The notes beneath the pieces were generated by a model, which ran no database searches, was not told the DNA's origin, and saw nothing but the letters and a program-made list of their open reading frames with translations. Positions 41,401 to 48,073 of a stretch of DNA of 64,000 nt are shown here, in pieces. Position 1 is the stretch's first letter; every line of letters begins with the position of its first letter. The stretch is from a virus: IMG/VR virus record IMGVR_UViG_3300043395_003072, positions 64,001 to 128,000 of that record, one strand, 5' to 3'. The translations under genes and the position numbers were made by a program.

Positions 41401-41601
41401 ATTAAATTCACCAGAACCCGTACTGCGGAAAGATCCTATTTTAGAATTTACTTCTTGAACAATATTAGAGCCTTGAAAACTTTTATATCCTGCATACCCA
41501 AGCGCCCCAACTGTTAAAGCTTCTTTACCTATAGAAGACATCTTTTCTTTTACTTCGCTATTATCTTTATTAAATAAGCTTCTTAAAAGTTCACTCGCCA
41601 T
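32461..41601 (-). CDS. giant virion protein, putative single-chain two-barrel DNA-dependent RNA polymerase (tape-measure position)
   Basis: Ordered motifs GEG(567), K686..K693, LTGRISGSG(1110), R1232-N-P, GGGIIYFP(2567), GDFDADIYQV(2611), KSVGG(2689), QESLIIKAKH(2739). Long coiled-coil insertion. GGAGG SD. Confidence 0.7.
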   Translation of the reverse strand: MASELLRSLFNKDNSEVKEKMSSIGKEALTVGALGYAGYKSFQGSNIVQEVNSKIGSFRSTGSGEFNRVGSSLRRDSMALQELQNAAKTQALADFKNDLQIRTVLESSDASIEDKRALLGSLYDSLKELGSSDLKEIIKSGYNTGNLTSEQIDRLESSYNSYIASNDKFLSKFRRKFAQLDKIKSTLSGRDSSTILNLERQVKMEEFSGLGDSRLAATLKDMGADVNEVRTRYANYVKMAGGADNVSLLGFEDNADKTGIKNLYLRVGNEASSVKVPLYLSRDRNGMVVVRATENLSTRYIAPQRVLNAPEIFNNIDLTSARGGNLYSGKGSYSYEEYIFQRVSKGFGDFGSLNNMSRRDIKNFYEFLRMPGLDAPRGMFTNFSEIQNERGVSLISKQFQENMQFARSVQSARFLIAGLEDFPGEMQQNLVKRLMQMYPEDVRGTGYPIITRVEDPFNRNKTLSFTDVTMARANESAFNVMAPYGRIDEVINEQTARDFQMVGRYELGAGVVGVDKSYRFGKNRTIASVGSGGDLIGINKTASRVHGVNLGAIMLSSNVSQGLGLGEGMSYFGGTLEVKSSINQTVYDDGLTESKLFSTLKSRVGTKNPFLVIGEGGDYSVDQFFKEFGDRQGRAILGLSDEDVAAISRKKGIMNFTLGIVESSFESGRTRSHISGEMVQRLDRTKMFSTILKDTTFGITEAQMQQKLKQAGLSDSEISSFFTDLNVKHNQTLLTTTEQLKKGPQFISSQIAGSLELFGVGRNLYEAEMKKLIGSDDAYLKAINSMTGEAYTSLDSAGALGRKKAYMGASVQAVLNLAETHGLTEADVGRILGGAYDRSGKFLTTSEFETIVQQRLASGARLNSNKTMQEIKRGITFTAHYVSSGGVHTDYARNLAKIEPRFMNYLYSSLRMNFGLDESSATRFLGSFLARQDNIGGRPEALLGMKLTSFSLSQMGNVDFENQIKGISSLKSLSRAEAQELIRLGADEAGVKNFLINRGGASGSILNLEELFTNQTDLKRILDITGGKSKIYLPGASTLENLEGFVVGKSGDNINIENEFTRYITDLNASISGMFDSSGNDVKFGYALSGFKAARGSIAKVSGYALRDALTGRISGSGTYMGQGIVFGKDAASSSLLPTLGGGEQSAIRQGLLDAFNQKRGYVLFQDSQGFLDSMTTFKEATARQLRFDKFANGNEVEIAAEIERRTTEAMRNFYFGMYDKEKKGIFATVQRNPNIYFAHFMPGMEIMRYDFLEGEDDPFIKLISGGPEYDETKFTDEGKAEIKRRKNQLKYEKLKTLYGDKFKFNSFEEYEAAKLSRFEQIVALKERKAELHGILGKTIFETDSEGNRIVDRQRTREKRKFNKITGRYEVVGSELIENSFEYKIESRTDGTNSYIRDVTAVYQEKARIYGELRLARETLHARRADIMGGYVDDGSGGVKLVTETYRVGLASDAEALRTKLTEEIAALRTEAKALEDTDPQKKNLDFQIEKKSKLLDSIQESDLKTKAGESIFVATRTRAERNIATGSYAKRFETELKAAKAVVESVQGRFASASQRIDQAKDNLKRVQREAYEKRINARNIVNNLVKQAAVKYRVNPTDSTLGYNKGLDILDSIRFRMPFSSGFGENIPDFIRGGILELQYSQTDYITRQRERLARLMKQVPNLRLERVSNQPYARHLGVDSDGDSNAKLLTSEGKVVKTDTDILLGENRIIGSEPLIGESTRSSYVDQVNQAFESAKQRLTLKKFEIQQGDPILRKTKNKLNVFEDVFKGNETLFKQAITDYIDLSGDSKYRNTFEEFLIDKGYLKPTGYYVGKGEGKVSYLEHRGLAREPIFNPESPGTFKGGEDVFDLFTKSIVRHGDGEYIFGYGPENDRYTLSGGPDSQDLDVLKTVRKAQNKLKEYDTNREHLEQVESTLRSILGLEMKISPEDSSRRFFQEIEGYGHIEYKGIGITNAIISGALFQNVIETSRQLVAETTQTQAGETIDTLSKTFSELRLNLLGQGTSGKTRYQLSDEIAKAYRLASSFFTEGRVNQNIVREVNDILSRTRDDRVIPYTKKEKEFIAKTKAIIEKREAGIVTREIKPKVKTEIEKRRRSLGDIRARLAALAKEEDSEAKAAKVADLTRAENRAAQRLSSLEGVEEENLQQREAASEERRGNVATKEKRALEKLERRARERARLSFVDKQVEDLFELERRNLPRADDLVSIGDFAQRFKSGTSFEKQLGAFYGLYNKAGLKEAGIFTVGDFIRNKSYRINAFKENMAKRIERGSKSSGIKSNNVIEFFVLRGDLQGEQADELRRSLSSVMSGGISFKDITDKDGSVKRVMTSPEIEAARGQVNDAFAHFESLKEEQAQAKAAYKAKREELIAGRNAQLAAVQTEYDDVVKAKEARLQQLTESLDTLPSKAEYEASRAEFASIKAQLQELYDSDLSRLMADVNKGKTPVLDEAGKPVVIDGRQIFKNRQYEISPEEDAAVRAAVGQEGRKFIETTGNKVGGVNSLFLALQEATESKRIARLEDLKKLDETFGDKQIKYTTAEGEQTTTVREGINKLLMRGLSYHQTYGDVGGGIIYFPQIDVKADLLKEGKQMYDAKGKLLQYESRMDFSRFSIGDFDADIYQVYHDTTNVMRERFKNNAESFHGLYRTGAEFLINMKELGRGMDVYGERMGASSLNIMDFRLDQYEKERILKSVGGLDVQIKVGMLGLAQAAVDEGGAGGEDAMRTYFNRLRAGASLVAVAQESLIIKAKHLQVAADVGVEFLSALKTSYSSGSGEAIFNFFDQNIFKGTAYETGGNVTLGNIEFLNIPEGEASKSLRESLNNVQLNRDSLRETFDVMARTVKERGLHNLGSNSRLHKVLESGDAFSMRQVMSLLASSMEGGFSGDINVDRIEEIMNAQRNLRETVAMNMDIISKRGGGYLAAAAMGAGYLVGVKNSPEVLEAENKFSDMRARESLGGRHLYNMNHKEHANVAPSRFEEPMNTYDRPINLGETMVTRNSSIRMYGEAPTYSEAMMSARKVVGAGGNAFLGIQDGRMPISNSYITKSIRD

Positions 41602-41602
41602 A

Positions 41603-44600
41603 TTATCCTCCTAGTGCTCTTGCAATTAACATTTGCATTTCAGGCATTCTATCATCAGTGTAATGTATCTCTGCTCTAGATTGTTCTCCAGTACTAATTC
41701 TATTTAATACAATTTTACTTGAATCTAAATCTGATACATAATTGCTATTTCTAATTAAAGCATTACGAGTCGCATTTCTATGCATACCACCAGGCTGATA
41801 CATAAAAAGATCAGCCCCTTCAAGATAAGGTTTTCTTGATACGTTTCTCACTTGAGATTCCCACATGTCGTAATCGTGTATTTCTTGACCTGAATTATCT
41901 ACATATTTGACTTTAATATCTTCTATATCCACATCCTTATGCCAGCCTATCCAATCTACACTAGGCATTGGTTTATTTCTAAAATACTCTTCCATAAGGT
42001 ACATTTTCTCTCTCATATACTCTTCATCAATTACTGCCTTATCACTAGATAATAAAGAAACATTCTCACCAGAATCTATCCTTGACCATATATTCTGATA
42101 TAAATGCTTTTGATCTTCAGGTACTAGCTCAAGGATTCTTTCTCTTTCATCTTTTTGAGCATTAGCAAAAGCATCAAAAAATCTCTTATCTGCATTTGGT
42201 AACGCCAAATAAACAGAAAGTGCATCTCCATTAGGATTCACTCCTGTTCTAGTTCTAGCTGCTAAACTTATATATCTATTTCTATCTTTTTGGTTTTCAG
42301 CTTGCTCTGCTAATTGCATGTATTTCATAAATTGAAGTTTATCAAAATGCTCATTGATTTCTTCTTTTTTCGTAACATGCATAGGTTTGCTATCAACGCC
42401 CATTATTCTCGCTGCTGAATACATTGCTGGCCTGAACCAGTCCCTTATAGGAGAATCCCAGAAAGGGTTAGCTGTACCGTAAATTCTTTCTGTTTCATAG
42501 ACTTCTATAGCATCTCTAGTGTGTCCTAGAAGTTTAGAAGCAGGTCTAAAACCACCAGGAACTAAATACTCTGCAGCAGATAATCCAGTACGTATTGCAC
42601 TAGTGCCTTTTTCGTACATATATTGAGTTATATCGGAAGCTATAGGGATTCTAATAGCGTTAGGGTGTGGCTCATAGTCTCTTGTAGCAGCAAGTCTTTT
42701 TTGATGGTTCTCTACAATGTTATCGAGCATTTTAGATTCATGCTCTGTTAAAATTCCAGCAGCTTTTCTTTCGTAAAGCTCTTGTTGCATTTTAATTGTT
42801 TGTCTGCTTTGCGGAGCTACATCAGCTAATATCTTATACTTATGAATTAATGGATAGTCTTCAGGGTCTAGTCCAGCTACATCAGGATTTAATGCTTCGT
42901 ACCCTTTACCAGGTAATCTTGCTGAGCCATTAGCTATTGCTCTATAAGGGTCTCCTCGTTTTAACTTCTCCGGGATATAAGAAGGCATTGAGTTTATTAA
43001 TGGGTTATAAGCCTCTATTTCTGCTCTTGGTCTTGGGAATAAACGTCTAATTGGCTCTGACATAAAACCAAAGCCACCAAGTTCTTTTTCCCAATAATCT
43101 CCAATAGAAGAATCCATTGCAGTAGAAGTTGCATACACCGGACTCATCGTTCCTAATACTTCTCTACCAGTAAAAACTTTTTGTATTATATTTTTTGTAT
43201 AACCAGTCAAACCTTCTATTTCTCTAAATGCATACTGAATTCTACCAAGTGCAGGCATTCCTTGATACGGAGAAACTGGTGATCCTGGAGGTATCTCTCC
43301 TAACTCAGGAGAAGAACCGTAGCCTTTAATATAAGCTTGCTCCACTTCTCCACTCTCTTGATTCAATCTAAAGAGCTCATCTTCATGCATCAGTTTAGGT
43401 GGTTTTAATATCTGCCCAATTGTTGATGATAGTAAAGGCCCAAGCACTGGCATATCTTCAAAAGCTGCACCTGTCATTGGGTAGGGTCTATCTTGATAGT
43501 TCTTTTCCTCTAAGTAATAGGTGAAGTTCTTAAGCATGAATCTTGTTATTGGGTTAAAGTTCTCATAATCTTCCCCCCAAACAGATTTCTCATCAGACTT
43601 AGTCATTAACATCTTATAAGCGTGGGGTCTAAAATATGAAGTCTCCCCGCCTTCATAAGGAGTACCTCCAGCTTCCCACCATCGACCTTTCTTTATCTCT
43701 ACAAGCTTCTCTCCTTCATATACTGCTTTAAGCTCATCAGGATCCTCCATCATTCCAAAGAATGCGCCAGTCATCATTTGGTGTATAAAGGCAGTACCTA
43801 ATACTAATGCTCCAAATCTTTTAACAATTGGAGCTGCGCTTAATGATTCTGCTACTTCTTCATAAGTTTTATTTCTAACAAAACTTCCATCTTTAGCTCT
43901 TACATCTTGCTGAACTCCCCCTAGCTTGATATCTACTTCACCTTCAAGGGTAGCTCCAAAAAAAGAATGCACCATTTCTGCACCAAATATTTCAGTGCGC
44001 CTCATCATATTATTAATGAATCCAGATCCTGTTGAATATCTATTATTAATTTCTACGATTTTATTTAATAAAGATTTATTTAAATCATTATCTTTATAAT
44101 ACCTTGTGTGAACTTCAGATCTTGTTGCGTGTGTTAATTTATAGTTCGTATCAAGTATTATTGATTTCAACCTTCCGCTATCTTGCTCATTTAACATTTC
44201 CCTTAAAAGCACTTCATTGTCTGAAAAGAAGCTTCTTAACTTTGATCTGGATTCTTTATCTAGATTATCTAAACTAACATTCTTTATTATAGAATCTAGC
44301 GAAGACTGATACCTTTCTAGAAGTTCTGTTTTTATCTGACCTTTCTGTAGTCTTTCTGCAATTGGATTATACTTTAAGAATTCTTCTGTATGTTTATCTG
44401 CAATTTTCCCAAAACTAATAGCATTAAAAAGTGTTCGCATTTGGATATCTTGTCTTGATCCAGGCAAAGTCACGGATCCGACGATCCCAAGCCTATTTTC
44501 TATTGCTCCATAAACTCCTCTAAAAGCATTATCAAAAGAAGATGAAATTCCTTGCTTTGGTACAGGTTTTCCTTCGGCTCTAGCTTGTTCTCTTAAAAGA

Positions 44601-46039
44601 AAGTCTTGGCCATAGTTGGTATAAGATAAAGCAGCTGCTCCAAGTCCTAAAAATAATCCAGTCGTAGTTTCTGTAAATCCAGGGAATAATCCTTCTATTC
44701 CCCTCCTGATATAAGACAATCCTGTATATTTTCCAATATAAGAACGCGCTATATCTAAATTTACTGCTGTTGTTGCAATACCTTCTTTAATACCTTCATT
44801 AAATCCAGGAAGCAACATCTGTACTGCAAATGCTGCAGCCCCTAACTTGGCTGTTCCTTTTAAATCTTTAGTTGCATTGAAATACATTCCAGCAAGACCA
44901 AGGCTTATTCCTGTAGAAGCAACAAGATTTCCAGCAACTCCAAACTTTCTTCTATAGTGATCTACCGTTTCGAGCCCCATATAAACTGCACCTATTTTAG
45001 ATGCTTTTAATCCTAACGAAAGAAACTGTTTATAGAATGGTCCTGGCTCTGTTTTTAAAGATAAACCCGTATACTCACTAAACCTACCTAGCAGTTTTCC
45101 AACTACAGGCATTTGATTAAGCGTAGCATCTATTAATCTATTGTAACGTTGTATACCCGCAGTCAGTTGGGCTGCAGGTATAGCGGTTCTTCTTTTTAAA
45201 TCACTTAAACTCTCGAGTTTTCCTCTCACTGATGGAACTAAAGCTAACCTGCTAGAATCTTCTGTGACCGAATCCACATACATGTTTGCATAGTTAATAT
45301 CTTTTACATCCAAGTTTTGTAATATAGCTTGAGTTACAGGATTTAATTTAGTACGTGAGCTTGATGCTTCTAATGCATCAAGAGGTTCGTATGCATAACC
45401 TCTGAGCTGTACTGCTACATCATTAGATATTAAAGTTGGCTTTTTTGTTTTAGATGGTTCTAACTTTATTTTCTTTTCAATGACTTTTCCTGAATCATCT
45501 TCAATTTTTTCAACTGTTTCATCTAGTTCTTCAAAAAATAAACTCCCCCTACCTCTTGCCTCTATGTCTTGCTCATAAACAAGCCTGTATCTATCTGTAT
45601 TTATTCTATGACTTATTTGAGCATAAGCTTCATCTCCAATAGTTGCTCTTAAAATATTTTGACTATCTTTGTTATTCTTTATAAATCTTGATTCAAATAC
45701 ATATCTCCCAACTTCTTTATTTGGATCTTGTAAAGAAGCAGCTTTTTCTAATTCTAATGCTGCTGGACTTAATCCTATTGAAGCATACTCTGGAATTCTT
45801 AAAGTGTTTAATAGCCCACCAAGCTTTTCATTAAGAATATTTCTTACTTGTTTTTGACCTATATCATATACACTATATTCGCTTCCTTGCGAATAAGCTT
45901 TAGAAGCTAAATAGCGCCCACCAAAGTACAAACCACCATAAGGCAACAAGGACATTCCAGCTTCTACTAAAGGGTGCATTTCTGGCTCTTGTTGAAGTGC
46001 AGAGTAGTATACCCCGCCTTGTCCTTGCTGAGTATACAT
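41603..46039 (-). CDS. large virion protein, tape-measure-like / ejection protein
   Basis: 1478 aa directly after the tail chaperones. Several Gly/Ala-rich hydrophobic helices and an aromatic KGRWWEAGGTPYEGG..YFRPH motif. Confidence 0.6.
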   Translation of the reverse strand: MYTQQGQGGVYYSALQQEPEMHPLVEAGMSLLPYGGLYFGGRYLASKAYSQGSEYSVYDIGQKQVRNILNEKLGGLLNTLRIPEYASIGLSPAALELEKAASLQDPNKEVGRYVFESRFIKNNKDSQNILRATIGDEAYAQISHRINTDRYRLVYEQDIEARGRGSLFFEELDETVEKIEDDSGKVIEKKIKLEPSKTKKPTLISNDVAVQLRGYAYEPLDALEASSSRTKLNPVTQAILQNLDVKDINYANMYVDSVTEDSSRLALVPSVRGKLESLSDLKRRTAIPAAQLTAGIQRYNRLIDATLNQMPVVGKLLGRFSEYTGLSLKTEPGPFYKQFLSLGLKASKIGAVYMGLETVDHYRRKFGVAGNLVASTGISLGLAGMYFNATKDLKGTAKLGAAAFAVQMLLPGFNEGIKEGIATTAVNLDIARSYIGKYTGLSYIRRGIEGLFPGFTETTTGLFLGLGAAALSYTNYGQDFLLREQARAEGKPVPKQGISSSFDNAFRGVYGAIENRLGIVGSVTLPGSRQDIQMRTLFNAISFGKIADKHTEEFLKYNPIAERLQKGQIKTELLERYQSSLDSIIKNVSLDNLDKESRSKLRSFFSDNEVLLREMLNEQDSGRLKSIILDTNYKLTHATRSEVHTRYYKDNDLNKSLLNKIVEINNRYSTGSGFINNMMRRTEIFGAEMVHSFFGATLEGEVDIKLGGVQQDVRAKDGSFVRNKTYEEVAESLSAAPIVKRFGALVLGTAFIHQMMTGAFFGMMEDPDELKAVYEGEKLVEIKKGRWWEAGGTPYEGGETSYFRPHAYKMLMTKSDEKSVWGEDYENFNPITRFMLKNFTYYLEEKNYQDRPYPMTGAAFEDMPVLGPLLSSTIGQILKPPKLMHEDELFRLNQESGEVEQAYIKGYGSSPELGEIPPGSPVSPYQGMPALGRIQYAFREIEGLTGYTKNIIQKVFTGREVLGTMSPVYATSTAMDSSIGDYWEKELGGFGFMSEPIRRLFPRPRAEIEAYNPLINSMPSYIPEKLKRGDPYRAIANGSARLPGKGYEALNPDVAGLDPEDYPLIHKYKILADVAPQSRQTIKMQQELYERKAAGILTEHESKMLDNIVENHQKRLAATRDYEPHPNAIRIPIASDITQYMYEKGTSAIRTGLSAAEYLVPGGFRPASKLLGHTRDAIEVYETERIYGTANPFWDSPIRDWFRPAMYSAARIMGVDSKPMHVTKKEEINEHFDKLQFMKYMQLAEQAENQKDRNRYISLAARTRTGVNPNGDALSVYLALPNADKRFFDAFANAQKDERERILELVPEDQKHLYQNIWSRIDSGENVSLLSSDKAVIDEEYMREKMYLMEEYFRNKPMPSVDWIGWHKDVDIEDIKVKYVDNSGQEIHDYDMWESQVRNVSRKPYLEGADLFMYQPGGMHRNATRNALIRNSNYVSDLDSSKIVLNRISTGEQSRAEIHYTDDRMPEMQMLIARALGG

Positions 46040-46042
46040 TTA

Positions 46043-46756
46043 TTAACCTTTCTTTCTTGCGTCTAGCTTTCTCGCCATTGCTTCTTTAGATAACCTAGCT
46101 CGCTCTTCTTCTATGAATCTTTGCTGAGCTTCTTGCACTTCCCAATATCCGAGCTGCTGTTCTTCATACATAGGATTAAAAGCTACTTCTTGTTGAGGCT
46201 TTTCTTTTTTCTTTTCCTCAACAACTGCAGTTTCTTCTATCTTTCCGTAAAGCTCTTCATAAATCTTTTTAAGATCCATTCTTTGGTAACCAGGTACACT
46301 TTTACTTAACTTGTTCTCAGCTGATACAAAGTTAGATATAAACTGTTTCTCGGTCATCTCTTCTATATCTTTAGGAACCATAGAGGAGAAGGCATAGAAT
46401 ATAGTGCTTTTCATATGTTCGTATAGAGAGTCCGGAGACTTCTCTTGTCTTTCTTTTGCTATTTCTAGTAAGAATTCTTCACCACTTTTAGCTCCTGATA
46501 ATTCAAATATTAAACCACCAGTAGATATGATATATCCAGCTGGGATATTTTTATTTAAAAGCTCTACTTCACCAAGAAAACAAATATTAAAAACTTCTTC
46601 ATAAATAAAAAAAGGCGGGATCTTGCCTGCCTTAATTAACTTATTAAAGAAGTTAAACTCTTTTATTTTTAAGAGTTTAAAATCAAAACTTAAATAATCA
46701 TCAAATACTATTCTATAGAGCTCAGAATTTAATTCTAAAGCTCTTGTTAATTTCAT
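46043..46756 (-). CDS. tail assembly chaperone (second, GT-like)
   Basis: PAGYIISTGGLIFELSG is paralogous to the upstream gene. PKDIEEMT..QF resembles a GT-type C-domain. Precedes the tape-measure-position genes. Confidence 0.6.
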   Translation of the reverse strand: MKLTRALELNSELYRIVFDDYLSFDFKLLKIKEFNFFNKLIKAGKIPPFFIYEEVFNICFLGEVELLNKNIPAGYIISTGGLIFELSGAKSGEEFLLEIAKERQEKSPDSLYEHMKSTIFYAFSSMVPKDIEEMTEKQFISNFVSAENKLSKSVPGYQRMDLKKIYEELYGKIEETAVVEEKKKEKPQQEVAFNPMYEEQQLGYWEVQEAQQRFIEEERARLSKEAMARKLDARKKG

Positions 46757-47643
46757 AGCTGAGTCGTTAATAGCATCGCTTGTTGAGGTGTTAAGAAGCC
46801 GCTATTAAGTAGTATCATCTGATACAGAGAATCTAGCACTCCAGCCTTACAATACTCAAGCCAGTTATTATTGAGGCTAGGATAGAGTACGCAATACATT
46901 ACCACTTTCTCTTTAAGCTTCTCCTCTACTTCATCAGCATCCTCGCTTTCACGAAGCTTATTCATTAGCTCTTTAATCTTCTTCCATTCGCTTCTAGTGA
47001 GATGGTGATATACATATACTTCGCCTTCTCCAAAAGCCATTACATGAATACCTGTCCTCCCATAACGATCTTTCCACGCTTGGATAGTATCGTATGAAGG
47101 AGGATTAGGTTCTTGAGCAAGTAGCTCCATAATTTGGTCTCTAACTACAAATGGCTCTTGTCTTGGAGTTTCTTGAACTACTGGAGCTGGGGGAGGAGCT
47201 GGAGGAGCTTTCTTTCTTTCAATTTCATTAGAAAGTTTATTAAGCTCTGCATCTAAATCAATCATAGGTTCTACCTTTTCAATAGGTTTAATTAGCTGCT
47301 CAATTATAGTCTTGGGCTCTTCAACTATAGGAGCCTCAATAGGCTTTAGCAACTCTTTTTTTGCTTCTAAAGCTTGTTGCCTTTTTCTTTCTCTGCGATA
47401 CTTTGGAGCGTTTAATAACTCTTCAGTTTCTCTTTTTTTTTGAGCCTCAAGTTCTATTGCCCTTACTTCTTCTTCAATAGCTTTTACTTCTTGATCCATA
47501 GGAATAAAAGCAGAAGGAGGCAATGACTTGATAATAGAATCTGCACTAGGAGATTTTCTTTTAAGTGCATTAAGAGCTTTTTCTGAAACAGGGCTTCCAA
47601 ACATTACTAAGTTGTCATCTAGTTTTCTGCCTTCAAATCCCAT
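46753..47643 (-). CDS. tail assembly chaperone (first) with low-complexity N-terminal extension
   Basis: C-domain IQAWKDRYG..IH....YVYHHLTRSEW...CVLYP...KAGVLDSLYQMILLNSGF is TAC-like. Pro/Glu-rich N-half. Confidence 0.65.
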   Translation of the reverse strand: MGFEGRKLDDNLVMFGSPVSEKALNALKRKSPSADSIIKSLPPSAFIPMDQEVKAIEEEVRAIELEAQKKRETEELLNAPKYRRERKRQQALEAKKELLKPIEAPIVEEPKTIIEQLIKPIEKVEPMIDLDAELNKLSNEIERKKAPPAPPPAPVVQETPRQEPFVVRDQIMELLAQEPNPPSYDTIQAWKDRYGRTGIHVMAFGEGEVYVYHHLTRSEWKKIKELMNKLRESEDADEVEEKLKEKVVMYCVLYPSLNNNWLEYCKAGVLDSLYQMILLNSGFLTPQQAMLLTTQL

Positions 47644-47644
47644 A

Positions 47645-48073
47645 TTATCTTACTCCATTTATTAAGTTTCTTCCAATAAAAGAATATTCCTCAAGAATTA
47701 CCTGCTCGCTTATTTGAATAGTTTGACCCATTGATACAAGAAAGCAACTTTGAATTATTCTGCTTTTTGATTTATCATTTCCAAATATTATACTTATATC
47801 AAATTTTGGCAATAAAAAATTGCTATTAGCACTATTGTCACCACCTAAAAGATTAATTATATAGTTTGGCTCAGTATAGTTGATTACAAAATTTCCTTGA
47901 ATTATTTCTCTTCCAGGAAGCATAGCGTCAAAACTAGTCGAGCCATAACCATATATTGGTTGCTGACTATTCTGAAGAGAATAAGATATACCCGCGCACT
48001 CTATCAATTTATTATTATTGACTTCTATATAAGTATTGGCACCTGAAAAATATTGATAGTTGCTAAAATTCAT
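47645..48073 (-). CDS. tail tube paralog (tube initiator / baseplate-proximal ring)
   Basis: YFSGAN...GISYSLQNSQQPIYGYGS...GREIIQGNFVI...ILEEYSFIGR aligns by eye with the tube protein. Confidence 0.75.
   Translation of the reverse strand: MNFSNYQYFSGANTYIEVNNNKLIECAGISYSLQNSQQPIYGYGSTSFDAMLPGREIIQGNFVINYTEPNYIINLLGGDNSANSNFLLPKFDISIIFGNDKSKSRIIQSCFLVSMGQTIQISEQVILEEYSFIGRNLINGVR

Noticed and set aside
46740-46800. Programmed G/GT frameshift between the chaperone genes
   Set aside because: No XXXYYYZ slippery site before the stop. The second gene has its own ATG in an ATGA overlap.
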